Below, in pieces: positions 20,228 to 30,881 of a stretch of DNA of 64,000 nt. The stretch spans positions 2,657-66,656 of the forward strand of contig JASMAS010000074.1 of NCBI GenBank assembly GCA_030754235.1, written 5' to 3'. This DNA comes from Litorilituus sp. GTDB lineage: Bacteria; Pseudomonadota; Gammaproteobacteria; Enterobacterales; Alteromonadaceae. The position numbers were made by a program, and so were the translations under genes. The notes beneath the pieces were generated by a model. That model ran no database searches. It had not been told where the DNA came from and saw only the letters and a program-made list of their open reading frames with translations. Each line of letters starts with the position of its first letter. Within the stretch, counting starts at the first letter, position 1.

Positions 20228-20842
20228 TTACGCGAAATAATCTGTTGAAATAAAGCCTTGTTTAGCTAAGTGACTAACAATTTGTTGTGCACACTCTGCT
20301 ATCGATTTTTCTGCCGTTTTTACATGAATCTCAGGAGATTTAGGCATATCGTAGTTTGAATCAATACCAGTAAAGTCTTTAATTTCCCCTGCTCTAGCTC
20401 TCTTATACAAGCCTTTTGGATCACGTTGCTCGCAAACACTCATAGGTGTATCAATATACACTTCAATAAACTCATCAGCTGCTAATTTATCACGAGCACT
20501 TGCTCTATCTTGTGCGAAAGGAGAGATAAAGGCGGTAGAAACAATTAGACCTGCATCTAAAAACAACTTCGAAACTTCACTGATTCGACGAATATTTTCC
20601 ACCCTTGCTTGATCAGTAAAGTCTAAATCCCCATTCAACCCGTGACGAACATTATCACCATCAAGTAAATAACTATGATAGCCCAACTCAAACAATAGCG
20701 AATCAACAGCATTAGCTACCGTTGACTTTCCTGAGCCACTTAAGCCCGTATACCAAAGTAAACATGGTTTTTGTTGTTTTAAACTCGCCCGCTGAGCTTT
20801 AGAAATGTGTTGTTCATGCCAAACGGTATTTTCTGTTTTCAT
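20228..20842 (-). CDS. cysC: adenylyl-sulfate (APS) kinase
   Basis: 204 aa with the P-loop GLSGSGKST and a typical CysC core. Confidence 0.93.
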   Translation of the reverse strand: MKTENTVWHEQHISKAQRASLKQQKPCLLWYTGLSGSGKSTVANAVDSLLFELGYHSYLLDGDNVRHGLNGDLDFTDQARVENIRRISEVSKLFLDAGLIVSTAFISPFAQDRASARDKLAADEFIEVYIDTPMSVCEQRDPKGLYKRARAGEIKDFTGIDSNYDMPKSPEIHVKTAEKSIAECAQQIVSHLAKQGFISTDYFA

Positions 20843-20870
20843 GGAAATAAACTCTAGTTAAATTTGTTAA

Positions 20871-22598
20871 TTAAAAGGGAAACATTAAGGGGATCATAAA
20901 TAAAACAGTAACGCTATATATCACTGAAACGGGCAAGCCAAATTTGATAAAGTCGGTCAGTTGATAATTACCAGCATTATAGACCATGACATTGGTTTGA
21001 TAGCCGTATGGGCTAATAAAGCTACCACTGGCAGCAAAAGCCACCGCCATCACAAATGGAATAGGGTCAACGCCCAAGCCCAAGGCAATATTAAAAGCAA
21101 TGGGGAATGTCAGTGCCGCTGCCGCACTGTTAGTAATAAGCTCAGTCATGATTAAGGTGATAATAAATATCCCCACAAAAGCTAAATAGACACTACGCCC
21201 ATCTAACAGTGCTTCTATACCCTCAGAGATGATTAACGCTAACCCTGTGTTTTCAACAGCACTCGCCAAAGTCAATGCCCCTAATACAATCATCCATATT
21301 TCTAAAGGAAAGCGACGTTTTATTTCATTAACAGTAAGTGCACCACTAAAAATAAGAGCGGCAACATAAATAAATAAACAGCCTAATAATGAAATTGGCG
21401 TGGTAACTGAAATGAGAATAGCAATAATAAAGCCCAATACTGTACCATGATCTCGCCAGCCACTTAGCATGTTCACGGCTTGATGCCCTGATAAAATAAA
21501 AAAGTTTTTTGATAAATTGGTACGACTTGCAAAATCTTGTCCAACCGCAAGCACTAAAAAGTCACCTGAGTGTAAAACAATATCACCTAGCTTACCTGAT
21601 AAGGCACAACCTTCACGGCGCACCGCTACCACAGCCGCATCAAACCGTGCTCTAAATCCCGCTCTTTTTAATGTTTTACCGGCAATAGCTGAGTCCGGTT
21701 TTATCAGAACTTCGGTGAGGTTATCTTTGAGTAAATCATCTTGCTCTGCAAACAAGGTTAACCCATCAAACTGCTGTAAGGTAAGCACTTTAGAAATATC
21801 ACCACTAAAAATCAGCTTATCACTCGCATGCAAGGTTTCTTCTGGCGTCACAGGAGAGATTAACCGTCCTTGACGAACAATTTCTACTAAAAATAAAGTG
21901 TCTAAATTGCGTAACCCATTACCTTCAATGGTTTTTCCGATAAGCTTTGAGTCATCAGCGACTTCTGCTTCAAGCAAATAATCTTGTGTTTTAATATTAC
22001 CCTGCTCCATGCTAGGTAAGTTTCTGGCACGGACTATAATAATAAGTAACGTGGATAACAAAGCGGCAAGGCCAATCAGAGTAAAATCAAAGAAACTAAA
22101 ACCTTCTACACCTTGTTTTATTAATAAACTGTTAACGATAAGATTCGTTGATGTGCCAACTAAGGTTAATGTTCCTCCTAAAATAGCCGCATAAGAAAGC
22201 GGAAGTAACAACTTGCCGGCATTAATGAGTTGATTATTTTTAACGGTATTAATTAAGGTTGCAACAACAGCGGTATTACTCATAAGTGCTGAGGAAAATG
22301 CTGTTCCAATAAAGAGTCGTAGCATAGATTTCACCTTGGAGCCATTAAACACACCAGCACTAAGACGACGTAAGCTACTTGTTCTTTCAAAAGAGAATGA
22401 GCATAACACCAAGAGTATCAACGTCACTAAACCGGGGTTAACCGCATTGGTAAGAATGTCGTCTACGCTAACAAAAGAGAAAATAAAACAGACCAGTATT
22501 GTTAACGAAAATACTCGTTCAGGTACTTTACTGTATTTGACTAAGCCTATAAAGGTGATAATAAAAACGGCTATTATCGTGTATTGCGCTAATGTCAT
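20871..22598 (-). CDS. SLC13/DASS-family permease with central TrkA-C (RCK_C) domains
   Basis: 575 aa. Polytopic N- and C-terminal halves are separated by a soluble segment of about 170 aa (residues ~200-370) resembling tandem TrkA-C domains. It is embedded between cysN and cysC. Confidence 0.8.
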   Translation of the reverse strand: MTLAQYTIIAVFIITFIGLVKYSKVPERVFSLTILVCFIFSFVSVDDILTNAVNPGLVTLILLVLCSFSFERTSSLRRLSAGVFNGSKVKSMLRLFIGTAFSSALMSNTAVVATLINTVKNNQLINAGKLLLPLSYAAILGGTLTLVGTSTNLIVNSLLIKQGVEGFSFFDFTLIGLAALLSTLLIIIVRARNLPSMEQGNIKTQDYLLEAEVADDSKLIGKTIEGNGLRNLDTLFLVEIVRQGRLISPVTPEETLHASDKLIFSGDISKVLTLQQFDGLTLFAEQDDLLKDNLTEVLIKPDSAIAGKTLKRAGFRARFDAAVVAVRREGCALSGKLGDIVLHSGDFLVLAVGQDFASRTNLSKNFFILSGHQAVNMLSGWRDHGTVLGFIIAILISVTTPISLLGCLFIYVAALIFSGALTVNEIKRRFPLEIWMIVLGALTLASAVENTGLALIISEGIEALLDGRSVYLAFVGIFIITLIMTELITNSAAAALTFPIAFNIALGLGVDPIPFVMAVAFAASGSFISPYGYQTNVMVYNAGNYQLTDFIKFGLPVSVIYSVTVLFMIPLMFPF

Positions 22599-22665
22599 TA
22601 TTATCCTTTAACTTGATATAGTTAAGGCTATAATCTTTACGTTTACAGCCTTATTTTTTGAGCTT

Positions 22666-24066
22666 TTACTTGGTAATATCTCTAGCACCCCAATGAGGGA
22701 AGTGTTTTCGCACTAACGTATTAAACTCTAACTCAAATGCAGAGTACTCATGTGTTTTCTCGTCAAGCGCATGATTAATCATGCCTGCACCGACAGTAAT
22801 ATTACTTAATCGATCGATGATGATAAATGCACCTGTGCCTTGATTTTGCTGATAAGGGTCAAAGTGTAAGGTTTCATCAACCACAATATCTACGATACCA
22901 ATATCATTAACAGCAAGTTGACTACTGTCTTGTTTTTCCATGGTATTAATATCAAACTTACTGATAATAGCTTGTGCATGTCCTGTCGTCATTTTACTAC
23001 CATGCTTGATAAAATACTCACGTCCAGGTTCAAGCTCATTTTCATGCATCCACACCACTGTGGCATTAAACTCTTTTTTTGATATCGGCAAACAGTCTTT
23101 TTTAACAATCATTTCACCACGACTGATATCAATTTCATCATCCAAGGTTAACGTGACTGCCATACCTTTATCAGCGCGATCTAAATGACCATCAAAGGTG
23201 ACTATTTCTTTAACGGTGCTTTCTTTACCCGATGGCAGTGCTACAACACTGTCACCAACTAAAACATGGCCAGAAGCAATAGTACCTGCAAACCCCCTAA
23301 AATCCAGATTAGGTCTGTTAACATACTGAACTTGCAAACGAAATTGAGTAAAATCATCTTGCACCTTAATGTCAATGGTATTTAACAATTTCATTAATGT
23401 TGCGCCCGGATACCAAGGCATATTGTCACTTTCTTCAACAACATTATCGCCATTTAGTGCCGACATAGGCACAAAACGGACATCATTAAAATTAAGAGAG
23501 TTAGAAAACTCACGGTAATCTTTTTTAATCGCTTGATAACGCTCTTGCGAATAATCGACTAAATCCATTTTATTGACCGCAACAACAATATGTTTAATCC
23601 CTAACAAGGAACAAATAAAAGAATGACGACGCGTTTGGATTTGTACGCCATAGCGGGCATCAATTAGAATAATAGCGAGATCACACGTTGAAGCACCTGT
23701 GGCCATATTGCGTGTATACTGCTCATGACCGGGGGTATCGGCAATGATAAACTTACGCTTTTCTGTAGAAAAATAACGATAAGCCACATCAATAGTAATG
23801 CCCTGCTCTCGCTCAGATTGCAAACCATCAACTAATAACGCTAAATCAATCGCTTCACCAGTGGTGCCTGATTTTTTTGAATCATTTTCAATAGCGGCAA
23901 GTTGGTCTTCAAAAATCATTTTTGAGTCGTGTAACAAACGACCAATTAAGGTGCTTTTTCCATCATCAACACTACCGCAGGTTAAGAATCTTACTAACTC
24001 TTTGTTTTCATGTTGTTTTAAATAAGCTTGAATATCGTCTTCAATTAAGTCTGATTGGTGACTCAT
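22666..24066 (-). CDS. cysN: sulfate adenylyltransferase subunit 1 (GTPase)
   Basis: 466 aa with G motifs [17 protein letters not shown] and NKMD. There is no fused APS kinase domain. Confidence 0.95.
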   Translation of the reverse strand: MSHQSDLIEDDIQAYLKQHENKELVRFLTCGSVDDGKSTLIGRLLHDSKMIFEDQLAAIENDSKKSGTTGEAIDLALLVDGLQSEREQGITIDVAYRYFSTEKRKFIIADTPGHEQYTRNMATGASTCDLAIILIDARYGVQIQTRRHSFICSLLGIKHIVVAVNKMDLVDYSQERYQAIKKDYREFSNSLNFNDVRFVPMSALNGDNVVEESDNMPWYPGATLMKLLNTIDIKVQDDFTQFRLQVQYVNRPNLDFRGFAGTIASGHVLVGDSVVALPSGKESTVKEIVTFDGHLDRADKGMAVTLTLDDEIDISRGEMIVKKDCLPISKKEFNATVVWMHENELEPGREYFIKHGSKMTTGHAQAIISKFDINTMEKQDSSQLAVNDIGIVDIVVDETLHFDPYQQNQGTGAFIIIDRLSNITVGAGMINHALDEKTHEYSAFELEFNTLVRKHFPHWGARDITK

Positions 24067-24126
24067 GTGTATCTCTCAAAATTTCTATAAGTTATTGGGT
24101 ATTGTTTTTTTATCATTAGTTACTGA

Positions 24127-25026
24127 TTAAAAATAACCTTCCATCTTCTTCTTCTCCATCGAACCAGCACTATCATGATCGATAACCCTGCCTTGACGTT
24201 CAGAAGTTTTGGTTAATAACATTTCTTGAATAATTTCTGGTAAACTAGACGCCGTTGACTCTACAGCGCCTGTTAAGGGGTAACAACCTAAAGTTCGAAA
24301 ACGAACATCTTTCATTTGCACTTCTTCATCTTCATGTAAAGGCATACGATCGTCATCCACCATAATTAAGGTGCCGTCACGTTCTACTACAGGACGCTTT
24401 TGTGATAAATACAACGGAACAATTGGAATACTTTCTAAATAAATGTACTGCCAAATATCAAGTTCAGTCCAGTTTGATAAAGGAAATACTCGAATACTCT
24501 CGCCTTTATTTACTTTGCCATTGTAGACGTTCCACAATTCTGGACGTTGACTTTTGGGATCCCAACGATGATTTTTATCCCGAAAAGAATAGACACGCTC
24601 TTTAGCTCGAGATTTTTCTTCATCTCGACGAGCACCACCAAAAGCGGCATCAAATCCGTATTTATCGAGTGCTTGCTTTAAGCCTTGAGTTTTCATAACA
24701 TCGGTATGTTTCGCGCTGCCGTGGGTGAAAGGGCCTATGCCCATCGCTACCCCTTCAGGATTTTTATGAACAAGTAGTTCAAAACCATAATCGCTCGCCA
24801 TCTTGTCACGAAAAGCAATCATTTCTTTAAACTTCCAATCGGTATCGACATGTAATAACGGAAATGGGATCTTGCCCGGTGCAAAGGCTTTTCGAGCCAA
24901 GTGCAGAAGAACCGCAGAGTCTTTACCAACCGAATATAACATTACGGGGTTATCAAATTCAGCAGCTACCTCACGAAATATATGGATAGACTCTGCTTCT
25001 AGTTTTTTTAAATGAGTTAAATTCAT
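24127..25026 (-). CDS. cysD: sulfate adenylyltransferase subunit 2
   Basis: Near-colinear match to E. coli CysD ([22 protein letters not shown]...[14 protein letters not shown]). I placed the start at ATG 25026 (MNLTHL); the ORF track extends to a GTG at 25035. Confidence 0.94.
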   Translation of the reverse strand: MNLTHLKKLEAESIHIFREVAAEFDNPVMLYSVGKDSAVLLHLARKAFAPGKIPFPLLHVDTDWKFKEMIAFRDKMASDYGFELLVHKNPEGVAMGIGPFTHGSAKHTDVMKTQGLKQALDKYGFDAAFGGARRDEEKSRAKERVYSFRDKNHRWDPKSQRPELWNVYNGKVNKGESIRVFPLSNWTELDIWQYIYLESIPIVPLYLSQKRPVVERDGTLIMVDDDRMPLHEDEEVQMKDVRFRTLGCYPLTGAVESTASSLPEIIQEMLLTKTSERQGRVIDHDSAGSMEKKKMEGYF

Positions 25027-25089
25027 GTGCAACACAAACGAGAAATAATTGTTATACCAAGAATGCCATATTCAAGTACACATTTCCAT

Positions 25090-25130
25090 ATAACAAAAAG
25101 CTTTGTTATTCCCAAATAGAATAACAAAGC
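25090..25130 (-). terminator. terminator-like hairpin in the comEA-cysD spacer (second terminator or cysD leader attenuator)
   Basis: On the minus strand GCTTTGTTATT (25130-25120) pairs with AATAACAAAGC (25110-25100) across a 9-nt loop, followed by TTTTTGTTAT. The downstream TTTGTTAT can alternatively pair with the ATAACAAA arm. Confidence 0.45.
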
Positions 25131-25152
25131 GATTATGAATGATTTATATTCT

Positions 25153-25183
25153 AAAAAATAAAAAGCCAGTGCATTACTGGCTT
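25153..25183 (-). terminator. rho-independent terminator of comEA
   Basis: Minus-strand hairpin AAGCCAGT-AATGC-ACTGGCTT followed by TTTTATTTTTT. It lies about 20 nt past the comEA stop. Confidence 0.75.
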
Positions 25184-25204
25184 AAACGGATCACAAATAA
25201 AAAA

Positions 25205-25513
25205 TTATATTTTTAACCGTGATTTGTTTACCAATACTATTCTTTTACTTATTCCTTTCACATTAACCAAGTCTTCAATTGATTTAAAGTCACCCATTTT
25301 TTTTCTATAAGCGAGTATGGCCTCAGCTTTCTTTTGACCAATTCCTTTTAAGGTCAAAAGCTGCTCTAAACTTGATTCATTAATATAAATCATATGTGAC
25401 TTAGTCGTCACCTCATGTTTATCGGTATTTTCAGCTAAGGTAAAATTACTGGTCAAAGCAATACTCATAACAAGCAACAGACAAGTGAGTGCTTTTAGTG
25501 AAATAACATTCAT
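25205..25513 (-). CDS. comEA: ComEA-family helix-hairpin-helix DNA-binding protein
   Basis: 102 aa with a signal peptide and tandem HhH motifs (LLTLKGIGQKKAEAILAYR...LVNVKGISKRIV). Confidence 0.8.
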   Translation of the reverse strand: MNVISLKALTCLLLVMSIALTSNFTLAENTDKHEVTTKSHMIYINESSLEQLLTLKGIGQKKAEAILAYRKKMGDFKSIEDLVNVKGISKRIVLVNKSRLKI

Positions 25514-25732
25514 GATTTACTCCTTGTAAATTTATCCATTAAATAGAGTTGAACTACTTAAACTTTTTATGACAATAACTTCTTTGCAAGAAATAATTAA
25601 GTAGCCTTATAAGGTTTAGGTATAAATTTATTTTTTGTCAAATGGCAATTTACTCAACATTCAATTGAATTGCCATGATAGCTTAATTAGAATAGCCGCA
25701 ACTTTTTATGTAAATCATCCGACTGTCAACTC

Positions 25733-28700
25733 ATGAGTAAAACAAGCTGCCTTTTAACACCTGTCCTTGCCAAAAATAAAACTAACACTGTAGATAAAAA
25801 ATCTTGGCACCACTTATACGGTAGCAGCTCTAGCATTGCTTTATATCAAGGCGCTCTTACAAGTGATGCTCCACTATTGATTATCACCCATGATACTCCA
25901 TCAGCGTTACGTTTAGAGCAAGAATTAACGAGTTTAGCGCAACAAAAGCATCAACTAAGTATTTGTTTATTTCCTGACTGGGAAACACTGCCTTATGATA
26001 CTTTTTCTCCACATCAAGATATCATATCTCAGCGTTTATCCACCTTATACCAATTATCCCGCATGCCAAAAGGCATCATCATTATACCCGTAACAACACT
26101 GGTACAAAGGCTATCACCTAAGCAGTATATAGAGGCAAATAGCTTACTGATTAATAAAGGTGACAAAAAAGATCTACATCAACTACGTCAAGAGCTTGAA
26201 TCCAGTGGTTATCGCTGTGTTGAACAAGTGATGGAGCACGGGGAATTTTCAGCTCGTGGTGCCATTTTAGATCTATTTCCTATGGGGAGTAACACACCGT
26301 TTCGTCTTGACTTTTTTGATGATGAAATTGACGAAATTCGATTATTTGACCCTGACAGCCAACGATCTAATCAGCATGTTGAACAAATTAATTTATTACC
26401 TGCCCATGAGTTTCCTACAGATAAAGCGGCAATCAATACATTTCGTAGTCAGTATAGACAATTATTTACAAGTTCTATCGATAAAGAATCAATTTATCAT
26501 CAAGTAAGCAACGGTATTTTACCGGCAGGCATTGAGTATTACTTGCCGTTATTTTTCAGCTCTGTGGACAGTGACAAAACACAAAAAACCGCAACATTAT
26601 TTGACTATTTACCAGCAAACACCCTAGTCACGGTCATAGGAGATTTAGATAAATCCCTGCAGCATTATTGGCAAGACATTGAATATCGTTATGAAAATAG
26701 ACGCTACGACCCTATTAGACCTTTGCTACCCCCACAACAATTATTTTTAAGTGGTGAAGCACTAAATATTGCTCTGAAACCTTTTGCGCGAATCACCATA
26801 GACCCAGTTTCAAGAGAAGCGCAACCATCAACAACTGAATTACCTGGAAAAACAAAAGCCAGTGCAATTTATTTTGATGTAAAACCTCTGCCTGATCTCA
26901 CTGTAGATCATAAATTAAAGCGACCATTTCAATTAATAAATCAATTTATTCAAGACAAAGAAACCCCGAATAAAATACTCTTTATTGCAGAAAGCCAAGG
27001 CCGAAGAGAAAGTGTTTTAGAATTATTATCAAGAGATAATATTAAGCCTGTTATCGTTGACACCCTTGAGGATTTTATTGAGTCAGAGCAGTCATTAGGG
27101 ATCAGCGTCAATGCATTAAACCAAGGCTTTTGCTTTCAATCCAAAGGGAGTGCCAAAAAAAATGCTATAGCCCTCATTACCGAAGCTGAGCTACTAGGCT
27201 CTCATGTTCGCCAAGCAAGAAGACAGAGAAAATCTCAAGATATTGAAACAGATGCTATTTTCAAAAATCTTGCCGAGCTTTCACTAGGTCAAGCAGTTGT
27301 TCATATTGAGCACGGCATTGGTCGATACCTTGGATTACAAACCATACAAACAGGTGGTATAACAACAGAGTTTTTAATGCTCAGTTATGCTAATGAGGCC
27401 AAACTATATGTCCCTGTAGCTTCACTGCATTTAATTTCTCGTTACTCTGGTACCGATAGCGAACACGCCCCCTTACATAAGTTAGGCAATGATACTTGGA
27501 GTAAAGCGAAACAAAAAGCGGCCGAAAAGGTTCGTGATGTTGCCGCTGAGTTATTAGACATTTACGCCAAACGTGCTAGTAACTCCGGCTATCAATTTAA
27601 GCGTGATAAGAAAGACTATCTTAATTTTAGCGATAGCTTTGGTTTTGAAGAAACCTTTGATCAACACCAAGCGATTAATGCCGTTGTCAGCGATATGCTG
27701 TCGGATAAAGCCATGGACAGGTTAGTCTGTGGCGATGTCGGTTTTGGTAAAACTGAAGTCGCTATGCGCGCAGCTTTTGTGGCGGTAAACGATGGTAAAC
27801 AAGTGGCGATATTAGTACCAACCACACTGCTTGCGCAGCAGCATTATGACAACTTTCGCGATCGCTTTGCCAATTGGCCTGTAGCTATAGACGTACTATC
27901 CCGTTTTAAAACAACTAAACAACAAAACGAGATCATAGCCAAAGTGGAGTCAGGGCAAGTTGATATTTTAATTGGCACGCACAAATTACTTCAGAACAGC
28001 ATAAAATACAAAGATTTAGGCCTACTTATTATTGATGAAGAGCATCGTTTTGGTGTTAAACAAAAAGAAAAGATTAAAAAGCTAAGAAGCAATGTCGATA
28101 TTCTCACCTTAACAGCAACACCGATACCGCGTACTTTAAATATGGCAATGGGCGGCATGCGTGATTTATCTATTATTGCCACACCACCAGCCAAACGGTT
28201 AGCGGTAAAAACCTTTGTTCGCCAACGTGATGAAGCACTCATCAGAGAGGCTATTTTACGAGAAACGCTGCGTGGTGGTCAGGTTTACTTTTTACACAAT
28301 CATGTCGATACCATTGAAAAAACCGCAACAGATATTCAAGCATTAGTGCCAGAGGCTCGAATTGTCGCAGCTCACGGCCAAATGCGAGAACGTGAACTTG
28401 AGCGCATCATGAGCGATTTTTACCATCAACGTTTCAATGTCATCGTTTGTACTACTATTATTGAAACCGGTATTGATGTCCCTAGTGCTAATACAATCAT
28501 AATGGATAGAGCAGATCATTTAGGTTTAGCACAATTACATCAATTACGGGGTCGAGTTGGACGCTCACATCATCAAGCATACGCTTATTTATTAACGCCT
28601 CATGAAAAACGTATGACTAAAGATGCTAAGAAACGTCTTGATGCCATCGCCTCCTTAGAAGACTTAGGGGCTGGTTTTACGCTAGCTACCCATGATCTAG

Positions 28701-29284
28701 AAATCAGGGGAGCTGGTGAATTATTAGGTGAAGATCAATCAGGTTCAATGAGCCAAGTAGGTTTTAGCCTTTATATGGAAATGTTAGATCATGCGGTAGA
28801 TGCCTTAAAAGAAGGTAAGCAACTCTCACTTACTCAAGTTACAGCAACACAAACAGAGATTGATTTACGTGTACCTGCCTTAATCCCTGAAGATTATATT
28901 TTTGATGTCAGCTTACGATTAAGTTTATATAAACGTATTGCAAGTTGTAAAACAAAAAATCAATTAGATGAAGTACAAGTTGAACTAATTGATCGCTTTG
29001 GTTTACTACCACAAGCAACTAAAAACTTAATTCATATTGCAAAATTACGTTTAAAAGTGCAAAAGGTAGGGATTTCTCGTATTGAGGCGAGTAATGCAGG
29101 CGGCACTATTGAATTTACGGATAATACTAAAGTGGATCACATGTTAATCATTTCCATGGTGCAAAAGCAGCCAACAATGTATAAGATGGTACCACCAAAC
29201 AAACTGAAATTTACTCGTAAAACTGACAATGAACAAGCACGCTTTAGCTTAGTCACCACGATCATCAATGAACTTATTCAATAA
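25733..29284 (+). CDS. mfd: transcription-repair coupling factor
   Basis: 1183 aa with superfamily-2 helicase motifs GDVGFGKTEVA and DEEHRFG, plus a UvrB-homology N-terminus. Confidence 0.95.
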   Translation: MSKTSCLLTPVLAKNKTNTVDKKSWHHLYGSSSSIALYQGALTSDAPLLIITHDTPSALRLEQELTSLAQQKHQLSICLFPDWETLPYDTFSPHQDIISQRLSTLYQLSRMPKGIIIIPVTTLVQRLSPKQYIEANSLLINKGDKKDLHQLRQELESSGYRCVEQVMEHGEFSARGAILDLFPMGSNTPFRLDFFDDEIDEIRLFDPDSQRSNQHVEQINLLPAHEFPTDKAAINTFRSQYRQLFTSSIDKESIYHQVSNGILPAGIEYYLPLFFSSVDSDKTQKTATLFDYLPANTLVTVIGDLDKSLQHYWQDIEYRYENRRYDPIRPLLPPQQLFLSGEALNIALKPFARITIDPVSREAQPSTTELPGKTKASAIYFDVKPLPDLTVDHKLKRPFQLINQFIQDKETPNKILFIAESQGRRESVLELLSRDNIKPVIVDTLEDFIESEQSLGISVNALNQGFCFQSKGSAKKNAIALITEAELLGSHVRQARRQRKSQDIETDAIFKNLAELSLGQAVVHIEHGIGRYLGLQTIQTGGITTEFLMLSYANEAKLYVPVASLHLISRYSGTDSEHAPLHKLGNDTWSKAKQKAAEKVRDVAAELLDIYAKRASNSGYQFKRDKKDYLNFSDSFGFEETFDQHQAINAVVSDMLSDKAMDRLVCGDVGFGKTEVAMRAAFVAVNDGKQVAILVPTTLLAQQHYDNFRDRFANWPVAIDVLSRFKTTKQQNEIIAKVESGQVDILIGTHKLLQNSIKYKDLGLLIIDEEHRFGVKQKEKIKKLRSNVDILTLTATPIPRTLNMAMGGMRDLSIIATPPAKRLAVKTFVRQRDEALIREAILRETLRGGQVYFLHNHVDTIEKTATDIQALVPEARIVAAHGQMRERELERIMSDFYHQRFNVIVCTTIIETGIDVPSANTIIMDRADHLGLAQLHQLRGRVGRSHHQAYAYLLTPHEKRMTKDAKKRLDAIASLEDLGAGFTLATHDLEIRGAGELLGEDQSGSMSQVGFSLYMEMLDHAVDALKEGKQLSLTQVTATQTEIDLRVPALIPEDYIFDVSLRLSLYKRIASCKTKNQLDEVQVELIDRFGLLPQATKNLIHIAKLRLKVQKVGISRIEASNAGGTIEFTDNTKVDHMLIISMVQKQPTMYKMVPPNKLKFTRKTDNEQARFSLVTTIINELIQ

Positions 29285-29318
29285 TAAGCTCTATAAAAAC
29301 AAGGCTGTCGAACACTTA

Positions 29319-30839
29319 ATGAAATTTTCAACTCTTGCTTTATCTACCCTATTAATTAATACAGGTTTATTAGCATTATGTAGCTCACAAGATGCGTTCG
29401 CAGCGGGATCAAAAAAGGCAGAACGCTGGTTTGAAATTGAGGTTATTTTATTTCAGCAACTTGGTGATAAAAGTAAACTAAAAGAGCAGTTTTCAGAGCA
29501 AGTAGACGCTAGTCACCTGCCAACATACTCAAAAGCGTTCGATTTATTAACACCTTATCTTCAAAAAGAGTTAACGGCGATAAAACAGTTTATTCCACTT
29601 TGTAGCAATAGTGACGGATTAAGTTATTTTCTCTCAACACAAAAAGAGCTTACTTTTGCTTTACCCGAACAAGACTATTTTATCGAGCAAGCCCTTGCTG
29701 TCACGTTTGAGCCAGTCGTTTTGAGACACAGTGTTGAGGAAACGTTTCAAGTAGCCAAAGAACCATTATCCAGTGAAAACAACACAGCGTTGTTGAACAT
29801 AAATACCGATGAAGCTGAGAGCTCTAACATAGTCTTTAATTGGCAAGATAAAACACTGAACAGTCCGCTGTTTTTAGCCAACAACCTTTGTGTTTATAGC
29901 CAAGCAGATTTTGAAGCAATCTTTAATGAAGAGCAATTAGCCAATGTTAATTTGCATGGCTTTCCTATCACGTCATTAACAGGTAAGCTAAATGCTTCAG
30001 GCGCACATACCCCGAATAGCCCATACCTGATTTCAGACGATTCATTGTTATTAAAAGATATCAGCAAACGTTTACGCTGGAGCAAAGAATTTAAGCCACT
30101 ATTACATTTTGGCTGGCGCCAAATAGGCATTACTCGAAAAAAAGCCATCCCGTTAAAGCTTTTTGCCGGTCAACACTTAGAAAATGATTATCAACAAGCA
30201 CTCAAAGACTTCCAACAGGAATTACTCGCAGCGCAACAACAAGAGCAACACCTATTAGCACAGCTTAAAGCCTCAGAGCAATCAAACATTAGTGAAAAAA
30301 ATTCGCCTCTTAACACAGCACTAAATACACAAGTTGAACTAGCTGAGCCTAGCTATTACGCTCACATAATAAAACAAAACTACCACCAACTTTTTGCTGA
30401 TATAAATACCCTAGATGATCAAAACGCACCCCGTGCAATTATAGAAAAAACAATCAACGAGATCAGCGTACAAACCCTTGAGGATTTACTCGCAGATAAA
30501 TCATTACACGATGAAGTTAACCGCAAGATATTAGCTATGGCTTCTCCTCCTGAAAAACCCATACAACCCTGGATTTTAGAAGGGTTTTTCAAAGTACATT
30601 TAGATCATTATTTATATATTACCGCTGATTTCAATATTGTTAATGAGCGAGTTAATAATAATCAAGGCCTTGCAGGCGATGAAGATAAGGTAAAGCTGAT
30701 AAATTTCAGTCAAAACAGGCGAGTGATCTCAGGGGAAGTTCACTATTTTGATCACCCTTACCTTGGCATGGTGGTACAAATTAGACGCTTTGACCCTACA
30801 AAACCAGCTGATGAAGCGGTGACTCAAGCAATCAAATAA
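29319..30839 (+). CDS. secreted protein, CsiV-like (peptidoglycan-binding family found downstream of mfd)
   Basis: I trimmed the start to MKFSTLALSTLLINTGLLALCSSQDAFA (signal peptide). The C-terminal HYFDHPYLGMVVQIRRF and the position after mfd recall the CsiV family. The family call is from memory and unverified. Confidence 0.55.
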   Translation: MKFSTLALSTLLINTGLLALCSSQDAFAAGSKKAERWFEIEVILFQQLGDKSKLKEQFSEQVDASHLPTYSKAFDLLTPYLQKELTAIKQFIPLCSNSDGLSYFLSTQKELTFALPEQDYFIEQALAVTFEPVVLRHSVEETFQVAKEPLSSENNTALLNINTDEAESSNIVFNWQDKTLNSPLFLANNLCVYSQADFEAIFNEEQLANVNLHGFPITSLTGKLNASGAHTPNSPYLISDDSLLLKDISKRLRWSKEFKPLLHFGWRQIGITRKKAIPLKLFAGQHLENDYQQALKDFQQELLAAQQQEQHLLAQLKASEQSNISEKNSPLNTALNTQVELAEPSYYAHIIKQNYHQLFADINTLDDQNAPRAIIEKTINEISVQTLEDLLADKSLHDEVNRKILAMASPPEKPIQPWILEGFFKVHLDHYLYITADFNIVNERVNNNQGLAGDEDKVKLINFSQNRRVISGEVHYFDHPYLGMVVQIRRFDPTKPADEAVTQAIK

Positions 30840-30881
30840 TGATTGTCAATCACAGTATCACCCGACAAACTGTCAACCACA

